Shown one piece after another: positions 13,840 through 26,700 of a stretch of DNA of 64,000 bases. The notes under the pieces were generated by a model. The model did not search any database and was not told where the DNA came from. It worked only from the letters and a program-made list of their open reading frames with translations. The stretch lies in contig OZ237741.1 of NCBI GenBank assembly GCA_965178125.1, positions 496,001-560,000 on the forward strand, given 5' to 3'. The position numbers and the translations under genes were made by a program. How positions within the stretch are numbered: the first letter of the stretch is position 1; each line of letters begins with the position of its first letter. The stretch is from Bilabrum cf. latius. Its lineage: Eukaryota.

Positions 13840-14700
13840 CGAACCTTAACGACGTGTTCCTGTTGGGAGAGTGAGATAAAGTCAGGGCAGTCATCGCCAC
13901 GTTGGAGGGGAAGTTGGGGGACGTCGGCCTCTCCCTCAACAAAAAGAAAACGTCGTTCTGTTCCCCCCCCCCCCCCCGAGCCACCTATGAGTACCTGATC
14001 CACCCGCAGGCACCAGACCAGGAGGATAGGCTCGAGGGAGCGGTCCACGAGCATGTACTGGGGATCCTTGGCGTACCGGTAGGGACAGAAGTCGGAGTGG
14101 CCGAACAAGTCTTGAAGGGACGCTTGGAAGAGACGGTGGTTCAGGCTCTTCGCCTGGCCTACCCGGACCCAATCAGTGCGCGCGCACTGTTTGCCCGGTG
14201 CGTTGTGCCGGCACGGACATGCGTGCACAGGAGCGGGTGCCTCTTGCCCGAGCTCAAGGACGGGGTGACACCCGATTTGAAGGAGGTACAGGGAGCGTTT
14301 CTGGAGTTCCTGACAGGGATGTGCGTAAGTGCGCTCTCACAGGCCCAGATACAGGTGTTGGACGTGCTGGGCCCGCTATCCGTTGCCCGTGGGGGTCTCG
14401 GAGTGGGACTCGTGCCTGCCGATTTAACCCGGGAGGCAATGTGCGTCGGGGGGTTGTGAGTTGTCGGGGGAGGTGATCTGGGACGGTGCAGCGGCAGATG
14501 CGGGGGTGCACCCCCTCTGCCGAACCCACTGCGAGGGCGCACCGCTCGCCTGAACTCCCTTGTGGACACTGTGATGACCGCAATTTTCAAGTACGGCTAG
14601 AGGAAAGCCGTGACAATTTCGGGATGGCTGGATTCCCGAGTCCGTTGCCTCCACTTGTTCCGGAGGCTGGCTCCCCCCACCCCCCGGGGCCACTGTCACC
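13840..14700 (+). pseudogene. Degenerate non-LTR retrotransposon reverse transcriptase fragment (CRE-like)
   Basis: Decayed YLDD (NLNDVFLLGE, then TGA), GLSLNKKKT, GILGVPVG, PLSVARGGLG; frame disrupted. Confidence 0.65.
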
Positions 14701-15043
14701 GTGCTGCAATGGTATGGTGTGGGACACAGCCGGCACTTCGGAACTCCTGGGCAGTTCAGCCGAAAGGGTAGCCCATCCCGAAATACGGATTATGGCTGCC
14801 CATGTGGAGCTGTTGCAGGATGATCCATCATGCAATAAGGTAGCTTGCTCCCTCTCGCGGCATGGTTGTCGGCACCAGAGCCTGGATTCTGTTGTCCTCG
14901 CACGGCGATCCAGTTTTGGTACGTCTTCGGACTGGTGCACGTGAATTGAACTCGATTGTAAAATGCTCAGTGTAGGCTTTCTTCATCAAGTCAATGCAAA
15001 GCTTGCTGCGACGACCGAGCAGCTGCTCCGCCTGATCCTGGAG

Positions 15044-16999
15044 TCAGCCATCGTCGCCCATGGCCTTCTTCATGTTCTCGAGGTCCCGCAAGGACTTTTG
15101 GATCTCCTCTCGCTTTCTCTCCAAGCCGCTTCCGAGCTCGCGCACTTCAGCCGCGATCCGGTGATGCTCGGCGGCGACGCTCACCCCGCCGAGCACCACG
15201 TCGTTGGGCGTGCTCTGCGCGAGGCCGCTGGCAGCGCCGTCCTCCACGGGCGGCTGTGGCGCAGCCTTGGTGGGCGCCGGCGGAGGGGACTCGACGGCCA
15301 GATCTCCTGCAGCCCCTCCCCCCTGCCCCTCCCCGCCCCCGTTGCTCTCCTGCCCTGCCTCCCCCCCACCCAGCTTGGGAGCCAGGGCAGGTGCTCCGAT
15401 CGAGTCGGCCACCGCGCCCATGTCGTTTCCGATGGACCGCACCATTGCCTGCATCTCTCGAACGAACTTGTCCGCGTCCTCCTGTGACAGCGCAGGGCCG
15501 CCATCGGCAGCCGCGGCCGCGGCTGCGGCCGCGCTCGAGTCGGTTGCTTGGCTCCGTGACCCTGTTTGGCCTTGGTTCTGGCCCTGCTGCTGGGAGGCAG
15601 CGGACACTGCATTCGGCGCAGCGTTGCTGCCATCGGTGCCAGCACCGGCACTGGAAGAGGCGTTTCCCGCTGGCTTGTTGCTGCTGCTGGCGGCCGTCGA
15701 AGAGGCCGACTTGTTGGTTGCAACCGGCGCCGAGCTGCGGGGCGGCGGGGGTTGTCCTTGCGCGGCGGCGGCCGTGCCCTTGTCCGTGCCCGCCTTCGAT
15801 CCACTCATGCCGGCTGCACCGCCACTCGCGGCGCTTGTTCCCTGGCCTCCTTGCTTCGGCTGCTCCTCGCGCGGGATGTACCCGGCTCCGCTTCTGCGGG
15901 CAGAGGCCAGAGCCGCAGCTGCCTCGCCTCTGGCAGCTGCAGCCGCCGCCAGCTGCTGCGTAATTCTCTCGCGCTTCTGCGCGGCGACTTGGAGGTCCTT
16001 CTGTGCCTGCTGGGCCTGCTGCCTGACGTGGTTTGCAACCAGCCGCAGCCTGGACACGGACTGCCTGCTTTTCCTGAGCGTCTTCGAGAAGGCGGTGTGC
16101 AGCCCCAGCGCATTTTGCGCGCTGAGTTTGCCCCTCAGTCGCGTGGCCTCCATGACGAGCGTCTCCCTGTCCTCGGCAGACTGCCTTAGGGAAGCCTCCT
16201 CCTCCTCGGACGCCTTGATGCTGCGGCGGGCGGAATCGATGTGCTCCTGGAGCTCCTTTTCCCTCGACTAGGAGGAGGACTGAAGGTCCGTAAGGACCTT
16301 GAGCGTGTTTTTCTCGAGCTCCGCTGCGGTCTTTCGTTCCTTCTCCGCTTCTTCGCGGAGCTTCTGCAGCTCTTGCCGGAGACTGGCGGTCTGCTCCTCG
16401 GCAGCCTCTGCCTCTGCCTCGGCCTTGCGCCGCTCCTCGGCTGCCGCGCGCGCGCGCTCCGCGACCGCGTCCTTCTTCTTCTGCGCGTCTTCGGCGGCGG
16501 CACGGGCGGAGTCGCGGCGGCCCGCCGCGGCCACGAGGGCTGCCATGGCCGCCTAGTTCGAGGCCTGGACCGCTCCGACCGAGGCGGTCAGCTCCTCAAG
16601 AACCTGCCTGCGCTCCTGCAGCAGCTCGGCAACGGTTTGGCCCTGCTCTGCAGCAGCCGTTTGGGCGGCCGTGAATGGGCTCAGTGCATCGGCTGCGCCG
16701 CCCTTGCTGCTCGTCTGGGCTGGGGAGGCCGAGGCGTCAGGTGGGTGGCTTCCAGGTTCGTCCACGCTCTGTCGCGCCGTGTGAGAGGCTCCCGGAGGAG
16801 AAGCAAAGTGATCGGCTGTTTTCTACGGCGCAGACCGCTTGCGGGCTTCTGCTTCGCGGGCGCGAGCTGCCGCGAGGGCGGCTCGTCTTGCTTCGCCAGC
16901 TCGAGCAGCGGCGTCGTCTCTCGGTGCAGCAGGAGGCTTCCCTGCCGGCGAGTCTTTCCTCCTCTCGATTCGTTGCAAAAAATCAGCAGCAGATGCCAT
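15044..16999 (-). CDS. Low-complexity coiled-coil protein of unknown function
   Basis: Track ORFs 16823, 16553, 16268 and 15044 are in one frame joined by TAG; A/E/K/Q-rich heptads; TGA stop. Start MASAADFL inferred. Confidence 0.7.
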
Positions 17000-17880
17000 C
17001 CTTATCTTCTGCTCAAGACCTGCGCGGTGGAGACGAATGAAGCAAGTGTAGCAAGCACCGATGCCATCTCCCTCGCTACCGACAACGACGAGGGCAAGCC
17101 TCTGCATAGGTAATGCAAAGACTATACGCGACGTGCGAGCGAGGACGGGGCAGGACAACAAGTAAACACCAAGGATCTCTTCAAGATCGCCGGAGCAGAC
17201 CCGAACGGACCGCGCCTCACAACGATTTCTTGCGCGTTGAAGGTCTCGTGCACCTGAGTGATGAAGTCCAATGAACTTTTATACTACCAGAGACTTCAAC
17301 AGCACAACCACTCAGCCGGCCCTCTTCAGAATGGTGGCTCCGCACCGGGTCCAAGGCGGCTGCGCCAACACTTGGAGTGGTCGCAAGTGCTTCGTGCGTG
17401 CTTTTGCCAAGAACAGATACAAAGGCTGGTGGTGCGTTGCTGCTTATTGATGGGTGAATGTAGTATGTGACTGCTTGGTTGCGCCGACTGCGCGACAAGA
17501 CCACAAGACTGGAACGGTCTAGTCGCGTCTACGATGACTTAGGCGTCTGCATGTCAAGGTTCGCTTGGGACGCGCTAAACACAGAGTGGCTTGTTTTTCA
17601 TGTTGTAAGGACCGATTCGTGGCCTTTTCGCGAGCTGCGGTGTTGAGGTGGAGTGTCCCACCCGACGTGCCAAAACACGCCCCACTTGCGGCGACGGCAC
17701 CAATCATGCTGTCATTCGCATTCGTTGGTACTAGCATATGAACCACTACGGCATAGACTGCGGGGTGGGAAGAGCAGGGTGCAAAAAGAACGGATGTGGG
17801 GCGGGCAGTAGCCAGAGAACTAAGCAGAATCACCTATCTCGGTTCACAAGCGTGCACTCATACAATAAATCGATCTTTTT

Positions 17881-17935
17881 GCATCAGCATAGTCGAAACC
17901 TAAGACTGACGTGCAAAGTAGTTGAATCATAGTGC
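17881..17935 (-). ncRNA. Possible small box C/D snoRNA
   Basis: GCA-CT-ATGATTC ... TTTGCACGTCAG-T-CTTA ... CTGA-TGC. The 12-nt element is antisense to conserved LSU rRNA CUGACGUGCAAA. Boxes are degenerate and the RNA is short. Confidence 0.25.
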
Positions 17936-18279
17936 TGAAGTCACTGGCAATGGATCACTGTCCGCTGCACAGTCTCACCTATCGATGCTTGACCCAGTTT
18001 ATCGCTGATTTCATCAGATACGTGTCCATGTTCCTTCGGAGACTCTTTGATATACACGAAAATAACTACAGCGACATATCATGCGTTGCAAGATAGCATC
18101 GTCGCTCGTACAATGACGGGTTCGACAAGCTGCGCAGATCCCTCTTTTTACTCCGAGTTATACCCGAACAACACGCTACAACATCTCAAAGACGAGCCGA
18201 ATTATTTTGGTATTCTGGTACACTGAGCCCAGGGGGGGGGAAGTTGAGCTGCGAATCGAGCGTACTAGCCCCGCGCGCA

Positions 18280-19218
18280 TCACCCCTCTGCGCCCATGCG
18301 CCTCCGATGCCGATACGCCACGAATGCCACGAACGCCAGCAGCACCAGCAGCACGAGAGCATCGTCCAGCAGGCCAAACACCCCAAACAAACCCTCCGGC
18401 ACGATATCCAGAGGAGACAGAATGTAGAGGAGCAGAACCCCAAGAATGAGCAACCGCCTACAAGTTAGGATGGCCTGTACCACCAGGTGCGGGTGTTGCA
18501 GCGCTTGGAATGCCACGTGGGGCAGCTCGGCTGCTGCCCGGTGCCAGGGCCGGCCGTCCAGCAGGTGCTCGTGGCGCCGGTTGAAGTCTCTCAGCCTCTG
18601 CATCACAGCCTCCCCCTCTCCCCCCTGATCGTTCTTCTCCTCTTCCGTGAATTCTTCGACGAGAGAGTGCACGACACTGCGGCACATCGGGCATGTTGGC
18701 CTTCTGAGATTCTCCCCGTCCACGTGTTCAAATACCGCCAAGATGCAGTTGGTACAGTAAACGTGGCCGCAGTTGGTGATTGCAGCAAAGTTTGGCTGGT
18801 CCAGGCATATCGGGCAGTCTCCGCCTTCGTTGAATCGCTGCCGAACGCCCTCGCGTTGCTCAGCAGCATCCTGCTCGTCCTGCTCGTGCTCGTCCTGCTC
18901 GCCGCCTTGGCCAGCACCGCGGTCTGCGTGAGACCCCGCCCTGCGGCGTCTTGCTCCGTTATTAGAATCATATCTCGCATCATAGGCGCCTTCCTCATCG
19001 CCGAGCTAGCCGGGTTCCTCCGCCTCGTTGATTGGTTCGTGTCCACGTTGCTGCTCTGCGCCATGCTGTTCTGCCTGGTCGTTCTCGGGCCGGTGTGGCG
19101 GTCTTGCGATGAAGCGACTCGCCATGACCAGGGCTGCAACCAGTATGATGCCAAAGACTGATATTGCTGGTAAAGCTGCGACGGATAGAAGAAGGCAAGT
19201 GACAGATGTCTGGACCAT
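18280..19218 (-). CDS. RNF170: RNF170-like membrane RING E3 ligase (N-terminal TM, C3HC4 RING, DUF1232)
   Basis: CPICLD..CGHVYCTNC..CPMCR; YILSPLDIVPEGLFGVFGLLDD; one in-frame TAG at 19006; TGA stop. Confidence 0.85.
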
Positions 19219-19443
19219 GCAATGCTACGTTTCTATCAATTGCCATGTCGTCCTGGTGTGTGCGTGCTCTCACCGTTTAGGACGTCCTCCCCCAAGCCAA
19301 AGTGACTTTCAATAATCGTGGCCTTTATCTGTGCTTCATGTTGCATGCGAAGTATGAAAACAGCGCAAAGCTGGTCTTGATATCGACAAGACCCGGAATT
19401 CGTGGCCAGAATACAAGCCCCGTACCGTTCACAACGAGCACGA

Positions 19444-21072
19444 ATGGTCGAATGCATAGCAGCATCAAGCTTATAGACATGCTCTCTACGTGTTGCGTAG
19501 CAATTAAAGCCCGGGGATGGACTTGCCATCATCGCATGTCCGCAAAGAGCCTCTGCTGAGGTCGTTGCTGCCACCACTGCAGCTGTTGTGCCAACATATG
19601 CACTCTAGGGTGGAAGTAGCAGTGATTATGATGTCAAACAGATGCATTCTAGCGGGCTCGTCATTGTTGGTACCCCAGAGCGGCTGTGGCATGCGTTGCA
19701 GCACGCAAAGTCTTTATCGCCTGTACAGTCTGTCGCAGTTCTCAACCCCTCAGAGTGCGAAGAGGTCGGGCACGGCAAGGCCGTGCGCGGCATTATATCA
19801 TTGCTACTGTCGTCGGGCACTTTAAAGGGCGGCGTACGCAGCATTACAGCCCTTGCGCTCACAGAAGCAGGGGTTGGAACCGAGGAGACCGTTCGAGCAG
19901 AAACTGCGGCAAAACTAGAACAATTGATTGCACCAGACGCTGGATCAACCCAGACAATAAGACCCAGCGCCACAGTTTCTGGCAGCGGGCCTACCGTTGC
20001 CACGGCCGCCGCAATGCTGCCACCGCCTGCTCCCACCCGCTCGCGGTCCGCGAGTGCAGCTGCCCTAGGGTCCCCGACCGACCGAGAGGGCGCCCGGAGG
20101 ATGCGGCACTTCTTCGTCCTGCCGAAGACGTCTGCAGAAGGTACTGTATCGGCAGACGGCGTGCCGACGACGAAGTCGAAGATGGAGAGTGCGATGCACC
20201 CGGCGTGGGCCAAGGCAAGGCTTGCTGGCCTCGGCGCCGTCAGGCCGCACCACCCAGAGGCCCTGGTGGCAGGACCCGGAGCGAAAAGGATTGATTTCTC
20301 CAGCGGGGGCGCGGGTCACCATGCTGCCAGCGAGAGCGGTGGGCTGCATCGCACTGTGGCGGAGAGCGCTGCGATTTCCGCCCGCATGATTGCTGCACTG
20401 TGGGACCAGCTGTCCATGGCTCAGACCGTCGTCTTCGCCGCCAGCAGGCGATAGCTCGTGCTGATCGCCGATGAGCTGGCGGCCATGGAGATCGACTGCC
20501 AGGCGTGGTCACCGGACTTGGAAGAAAAAGAAAAAGAAGCAGCGCTCTCCCGGTATCGAACCGGGGAGTGTCGAGTGCTGCTCGCTACAGACGCGCTGGT
20601 TCGAGACCCCCAGGTCCCGTCTGCCGGTTGCGTGTTGCACTGCGGTGTCCCGCTCGCACCGGAGGTTATGCGGAAGCGGATTTCTGTGCTTCGTCCCAAG
20701 GAGGACGGGGAGGCGGCCAGCGTGCTGCTGCTGGCGGCGGGGGCCGGCGATTAGGGCTCAGAAGAGGCCGAGGCCGCGCGCGCGGTGGAGATCGTCAGGG
20801 CGTGCGTGGGCTTCGGAGGAATCGCGCTGGCGAGGGGCAAGGGCTTGCGATCGGTGCGCACCGCGCTTGAGATATTGGAAGAGGAAGAGGAAGAGGAAGA
20901 GGAAGAGGAGGAGGATGAAGAGGATGGGGATATGGGCGATGGCAGAACGGAGCGCAACGCAGAGGGCAGCTTGCGGTCGGATGCGAGCGAGGAGGACCTG
21001 GCAGCCTGCTGCATGGACAACGGGCTGATCGCGCCGCTGCCTGCCAACGGTTCAGCTTGGATTGTGGTATGA
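19444..21072 (+). CDS. Degenerate DEAD-box (eIF4A-like) helicase-fold protein
   Basis: IVGTPERL, QTVVFAASRR, YRTGECRVLLATDAL. Track ORFs 19642, 20458 and 20785 are joined by TAG; TGA stop. No recognisable Walker A or DEAD motif; start uncertain. Confidence 0.65.
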
Positions 21073-21206
21073 CGGGACGGTAGCAAGAACCCGATCGGAT
21101 CGGGGGGCGGCTGAGCTTCCGGTTTGTGTCTGCAGGGAGCGCGAGGGTGGAACGTTCATCTCTGCCCGGTATTTTGCGCCCAGAAAGAGTACTCGGATCC
21201 ATTTGA

Positions 21207-23315
21207 ATGAATATATCCACGTACTCGCTTTTATATTGCGCTGCTGGGGCCGCTCTTTCGTTTATTTCGGCTAGCTCCATATCGGTACAGATTCAGGCAA
21301 GACCAGGGTTGCACTCGTACGGCGTCGTTGGTCAGGCTCTCACCTCTGGCTTCTCGAAATTGAAGGATATTTCATTTCATCTAGAACGTAACCATGAGGC
21401 AAACGAGCTAGCAAGTTTATACGTTTCGCTCCCGTGGACGGAGCTATCAAGATTGGAGCAGGTTCTCAGGACAAACTCAGTCACGTCAGCAGGGCTTGGT
21501 AGTGCTGGCAATACAAAGGCAGACAACTGTCCTCATATTTTTGTTAGATCTACCATGCCTCTCGACCTCAGGGTTCCACCAGGATGCAACAGCACAGTTG
21601 TGCTCGTCCACGCAACTACAGAGTAGCTCGTTGCCCCGGAGCGACGCCTCCAAAGAACCGATTCCTATACTCCTTGGAGTAACATGGATTCCAGAGTATA
21701 GATCGTGTCTCCTTCCCGGTGGTCCTGTCGCGGCTTCCAGCTGGGAGGCATGAAGCGTTGTATTGTCGTGCCGCACGGCGTTCACGATAGCTGGATTCAA
21801 CCAAAGGGAATCCATAATACATCAGAAGTAGACATGCCTGGGATGCAGTAGACCACTGGCACGCCTATGTTTTCCCGGCTTGCGGCTTTGCGAAGGTTAG
21901 CAGGGTTGGCAGGCGCAAGCACCCGGGGGCTGCGGCGGCCCGCGCCTATACACTGGGGTCCCCCGCCGGTCGTCCGTGCCGATTTGATTCTCGGTGCAGA
22001 AGAAAATGGCACGTTTGAAGGGTTCGACAAGCCGGAAGGAGTCAAGCGAAGGTCGCATCATGCAGGGCTGCTTCGAAAGGTCGGGCTAGGCAAGTGCTCC
22101 GTGCTCGCACACGTGAGCGCAATATCAGAGAACAAGCTAGTCTACTTCCAGCTGCTTGCTCTGCATTCAGCACTGTCAGCCATTGACGCCGCTGTGGTGG
22201 CAGTACAAGCTGTATTCCGCGGCAGCGCAGCGGGCTCGTATTTGCACGGTAATTCTGGCTTCAGGGTGCGCAGCAAACTTGAAGAGACGCTCGGTGCCTC
22301 GGGCGTCCCGGACGACCACGGGTGGTTCGGAACGGGGTCAGTGGGCTACAGCCCGTCGCGCTCAACGGACTTGTTCGACATTGACGCACCGTGCGTTGCA
22401 TTCGTGCTGAAGGGGCTCGCATCCGTGTACGACAGCAAGCAGGCACTCCGCGTCGCAGTCCAGCAAGCCGTTGAGCAGATTCGGCTGGCGGTTCGCGGCA
22501 ATCGTTTCCAAGCCAGTCGAAACTCGTCATTGTTCCGCGGTCCAATGGCGGGTCAGATACCAGGGCACATTGAAAGGTTCGTGGCCACAGTGCACCGGCA
22601 CGTCCTCTACTCGGACGAATCGGTTTCGGCAGAGCAGCTGCGCGATATCCTGCACGGTTCCGACGTGTACTTGGCCCCGTATTCCGCGGAGGGCTTCAAT
22701 CTTCCGGTGCTAGAAGCAGTGGCTGTTGGGACCCCAGTGATTACCACGTCGGGCGGGCCAACGGATGAGTTCTTGCCCGAGGGAGCTGCGCGTGCGGCCC
22801 CGTCCATGCTGCAGCGAGCGTACAACGACGAGTTCGAGATGAACGTGAGCGTACTGCAGCCAAGCTTTCCATTCATTGCTAGACATATCGTGACGAGCAT
22901 ACTGTCGTCTCCTGCCATGCAAAGCCACACCGATCGCTTGCTTGAGGGCTTGGGTCGAGCTTGCGAGGCGTCAGCCAGGGCAGGTACCATGATCCGGTCC
23001 GGCAGTCCGTCGCAGCAAGACCAGCTCGAATGCACGCAGTGGCTCGCCAGCCACATAGAACGACACCCATCGTACATGGGCTTCGCAGCCCCGAGCTACC
23101 TGGCTGTAGCTTTTGATCGCGAACAAGTAGGCGAGGGCCGGGCTTGGCTGGAGAAAGCAGGCACGCTGGGCCCACATTCCGTGGCAGAGAAGAAGCTGAC
23201 GTGGTCTGAAGCTGCTGCAAAGTGGGTCGAAATCGGGCGGCTGATTATGCGCGAGAACGGGATCCCAGACCCAGGCACAGATCCGGATCCTTCCAGCGGG
23301 CCGATAGACTTGTGA
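21207..23315 (+). CDS. Glycosyltransferase family 4 (GT-B) with N-terminal signal/anchor
   Basis: IVSPSRWS..IVVPHGV; SDVYLAPYSAEGFNLPVLEAVAVGTPVITT; three in-frame TAG; TGA stop. Confidence 0.85.
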
Positions 23316-23391
23316 CATCCTGGATCGCGGCCGTTGCACGGCCTGTGCATAGCTTGAGGGTCCAACACATAATCATCCGATCAGTGTATAG

Positions 23392-23701
23392 TACTACAGT
23401 CATGTATTTGAATCAACCTAGCCCGGCAAACTGGCCCTGCGCTGCTCCGATTCCGCATCCCCCGGGCCGCTCCTCTCCATCACGAGCCTAGCAGTGAGGC
23501 TCGGGTCGGCAGAGGAAGGCCCCCCCTCCGATCCGAGCCGCATCATGCGCGGCGGCACGTCACCTCCTTCGCCCCCAGCAGCAGTGGCCCCTGCCCCTGC
23601 GCCTGCCTTGGCCACGTCGCCCAGCGTGTGCCCCAATGAGGCGGCCCTGAGGTCTGTGGCGTGCTGCGGTTTCACCGCGGCTGCCTCGCCGCCCGCCGTG
23701 T
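23392..23701 (-). repeat. Displaced 310-bp copy of the 3' end of the MDR-CDPK gene (partner 34896-35205)
   Basis: Ungapped direct repeat with about 4 substitutions. Confidence 0.95.
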
Positions 23702-23771
23702 GACTCCATCGTCTTTTCACATACGCAAGTCACAAAGACCTTCTTTTCGACTCCTGTGGGCGGCTCCTTAC

Positions 23772-26700
23772 TCACTACCCACCTGCGGCTCCTCCACTCG
23801 CAGCACCGCCGCTGGCAGCTCCCCGTGCTGCATCTTTGCAGCGCAGCCGAACCCGATCACCTTGTTCCTTCAACGAAATGACTACGCAGATGGAGGGACG
23901 CTCATCTCGTAAGTACTCCGCAATAATTGGTTTGTCAGAGATCCAAAATGTTCCTTCGTCGCTCCACTCGGCGTACGAAATGCTACCCGCGATCAACGAT
24001 GAATGATTGAGGTCGACCCTCATCATCACAGTTTTCCCACTCAGCGAGTCCTTCTTAAGCTGGTTCTCACCGATAGCGTTTCTTTCGTTTCCACCAACCA
24101 CAGTTTTGTGCTCCCCAATATGATATCCCCAGCCAGTATTCTTGTCAGATCCAATTCGCCTCGTTGAATGCGTCCCCGACTGCCAACTGCTGGTCAGATC
24201 TACTCCAAGAACGATATTCCCAGACGCAGCCACTGCTTCCATGCTTAAGTAAAAATCGTAAACGAAGGCTTCTCCATCACCCCATTCCATGTCCTTTGTT
24301 GAGCACACAGTCAACCACTGCGCGGCTGCAGCGTGCTTGTGCACGGTGCACATGTCATTGCTGGTCGCCAGCATGCTCGCTTCCGTGCCGAACGTCAGAC
24401 GGCATCCCTCACTGGACTCGAGCTTGAACTTGTCGGGGATCGTGGGCACCGTGCTGGGCCGGCGGCACTGCACGCAGGCCCCAGGTCCCTGCAAGCTCAC
24501 TGCAACACGATACGTATCCACTGATCGCAAAACGTCAGCGAACAGACGCCCCATCCACTCGACCTTCTCGTCGCCTGCGGCTCGCTTCCCGTACATGATG
24601 CTGCCACGCCCGGCAGAGTCAGCGCGCAGATCCACCAGCATGCACAGCGTGTCGCCTTGCGCGAATGGCTTCTCTGGCTAGGTGTACTTGTCGAGCTTCT
24701 GGGCCTTGCCGTTACAGTGCAACTGGTGCTTCTATGGACAATAGCCCCAGCCGGTGCCCGCAGAGGCTCCGATGAAGTTCTTCGAACTGTCCGGTGAGCC
24801 GTGGAACATGGCGCTACCCTTGTCAACCACCCCGAATATCACATCGTTTGGTGCTGTCCCAAGCTCGACCAGCTCCAGCTCATAATAGATCTAGCGTCCT
24901 AGCCTATCCGTGTTGATGTGATCAGACGAGCCTATCGTTAACCACTGCGCGGCTGCAGCGTGCTTGTGCACGGTGCACATGTCATTGCTGGTCGCCAGCA
25001 TGCTCGCTTCCGTGCCGAACGTCAGACGGCATCCCTCACTGGACTCGAGCTTGAACTTGTCGGGGATCGTGGGCACCGTGCTGGGCCGGCGGCACTGCAC
25101 GCAGGCCCCAGGTCCCTGCAAGCTCACTGCAATACAGTACCTGGGCCCAGTGCGCAAAACGTCAGCGAACAGACGCCCCATCCACTCGACCTTCTCGTCG
25201 CCTGCGGCTCGCTTCCCGTACATGATGCTGCCACGCCCGGCAGAGTCAGCGCGCAGATCCACCAGCATGCACAGCGTGTCGCCTTGCGCGAATGGCTTCT
25301 CTGGCTAGGTGTACTTGTCGAGCTTCTGGGCCTTGCCGTTACAGTGCAACTGGTGCTTCTATGGACAATAGCCCCAGCCGGTGCCCGCAGAGGCTCCGAT
25401 GAAGTTCTTCGAACTGTCCGGTGAGCCGTGGAACATGGCGCTACCCTTGTCAACCACCCCGAATATCACATCGTTTGGTGCTGTCCCAAGCTCGACCAGC
25501 TCCAGCTCGAAGTATTGAACCTAAGCTGTAGGCAGTTGCGAAGACCGTGCCGTCAACCACTGCGCGGCTGCAGCGTGCTTGTGCACGGTGCACATGTCAT
25601 TGCTGGTCGCCAGCATGCTCGCTTCCGTGCCGAACGTCAGACGGCATCCCTCACTGGACTCGAGCTTGAACTTGTCGGGGATCGTGGGCACCGTGCTGGG
25701 CCGGCGGCACTGCACGCAGGCCCCAGGTCCCTGCAAGCTCACTGCAACACGATACGTATCCACTGATCGCAAAACGTCAGCGAACAGACGCCCCATCCAC
25801 TCGACCTTCTCGTCGCCTGCGGCTCGCTTCCCGTACATGATGCTGCCACGCCCGGCAGAGTCAGCGCGCAGATCCACCAGCATGCACAGCGTGTCGCCTT
25901 GCGCGAATGGCTTCTCTGGCTAGGTGTACTTGTCGAGCTTCTGGGCCTTGCCGTTACAGTGCAACTGGTGCTTCTATGGACAATAGCCCCAGCCGGTGCC
26001 CGCAGAGGCTCCGATGAAGTTCTTCGAACTGTCCGGTGAGCCGTGGAACATGGCGCTACCCTTGTCAACCACCCCGAATATCACATCGTTTGGTGCTGTC
26101 CCAAGCTCGACCAGCTCCAGCTCGAAGTATTGAACCTAAGCTGTAGGCAGTTGCGAAGACCGTGCCGTCAACCACTGCGCGGCTGCAGCGTGCTTGTGCA
26201 CGGTGCACATGTCATTGCTGGTCGCCAGCATGCTCGCTTCCGTGCCGAACGTCAGACGGCATCCCTCACTGGACTCGAGCTTGAACTTGTCGGGGATCGT
26301 GGGCACCGTGCTGGGCCGGCGGCACTGCACGCAGGCCCCAGGTCCCTGCAAGCTCACTGCAACACGATACGTATCCACTGATCGCAAAACGTCAGCGAAC
26401 AGACGCCCCATCCACTCGACCTTCTCGTCGCCTGCGGCTCGCTTCCCGTACATGATGCTGCCACGCCCGGCAGAGTCAGCGCGCAGATCCACCAGCATGC
26501 ACAGCGTGTCGCCTTGCGCGAATGGCTTCTCTGGCTAGGTGTACTTGTCGAGCTTCTGGGCCTTGCCGTTACAGTGCAACTGGTGCTTCTATGGACAATA
26601 GCCCCAGCCGGTGCCCGCAGAGGCTCCGATGAAGTTCTTCGAACTGTCCGGTGAGCCGTGGAACATGGCGCTACCCTTGTCAACCACCCCGAATATCACA

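Noticed and set aside
17409-17421. GTATCTGTTCTT match to U2 snRNA on the minus strand
   Set aside because: Flanking U2 sequence, including the branch-point recognition region, is absent.
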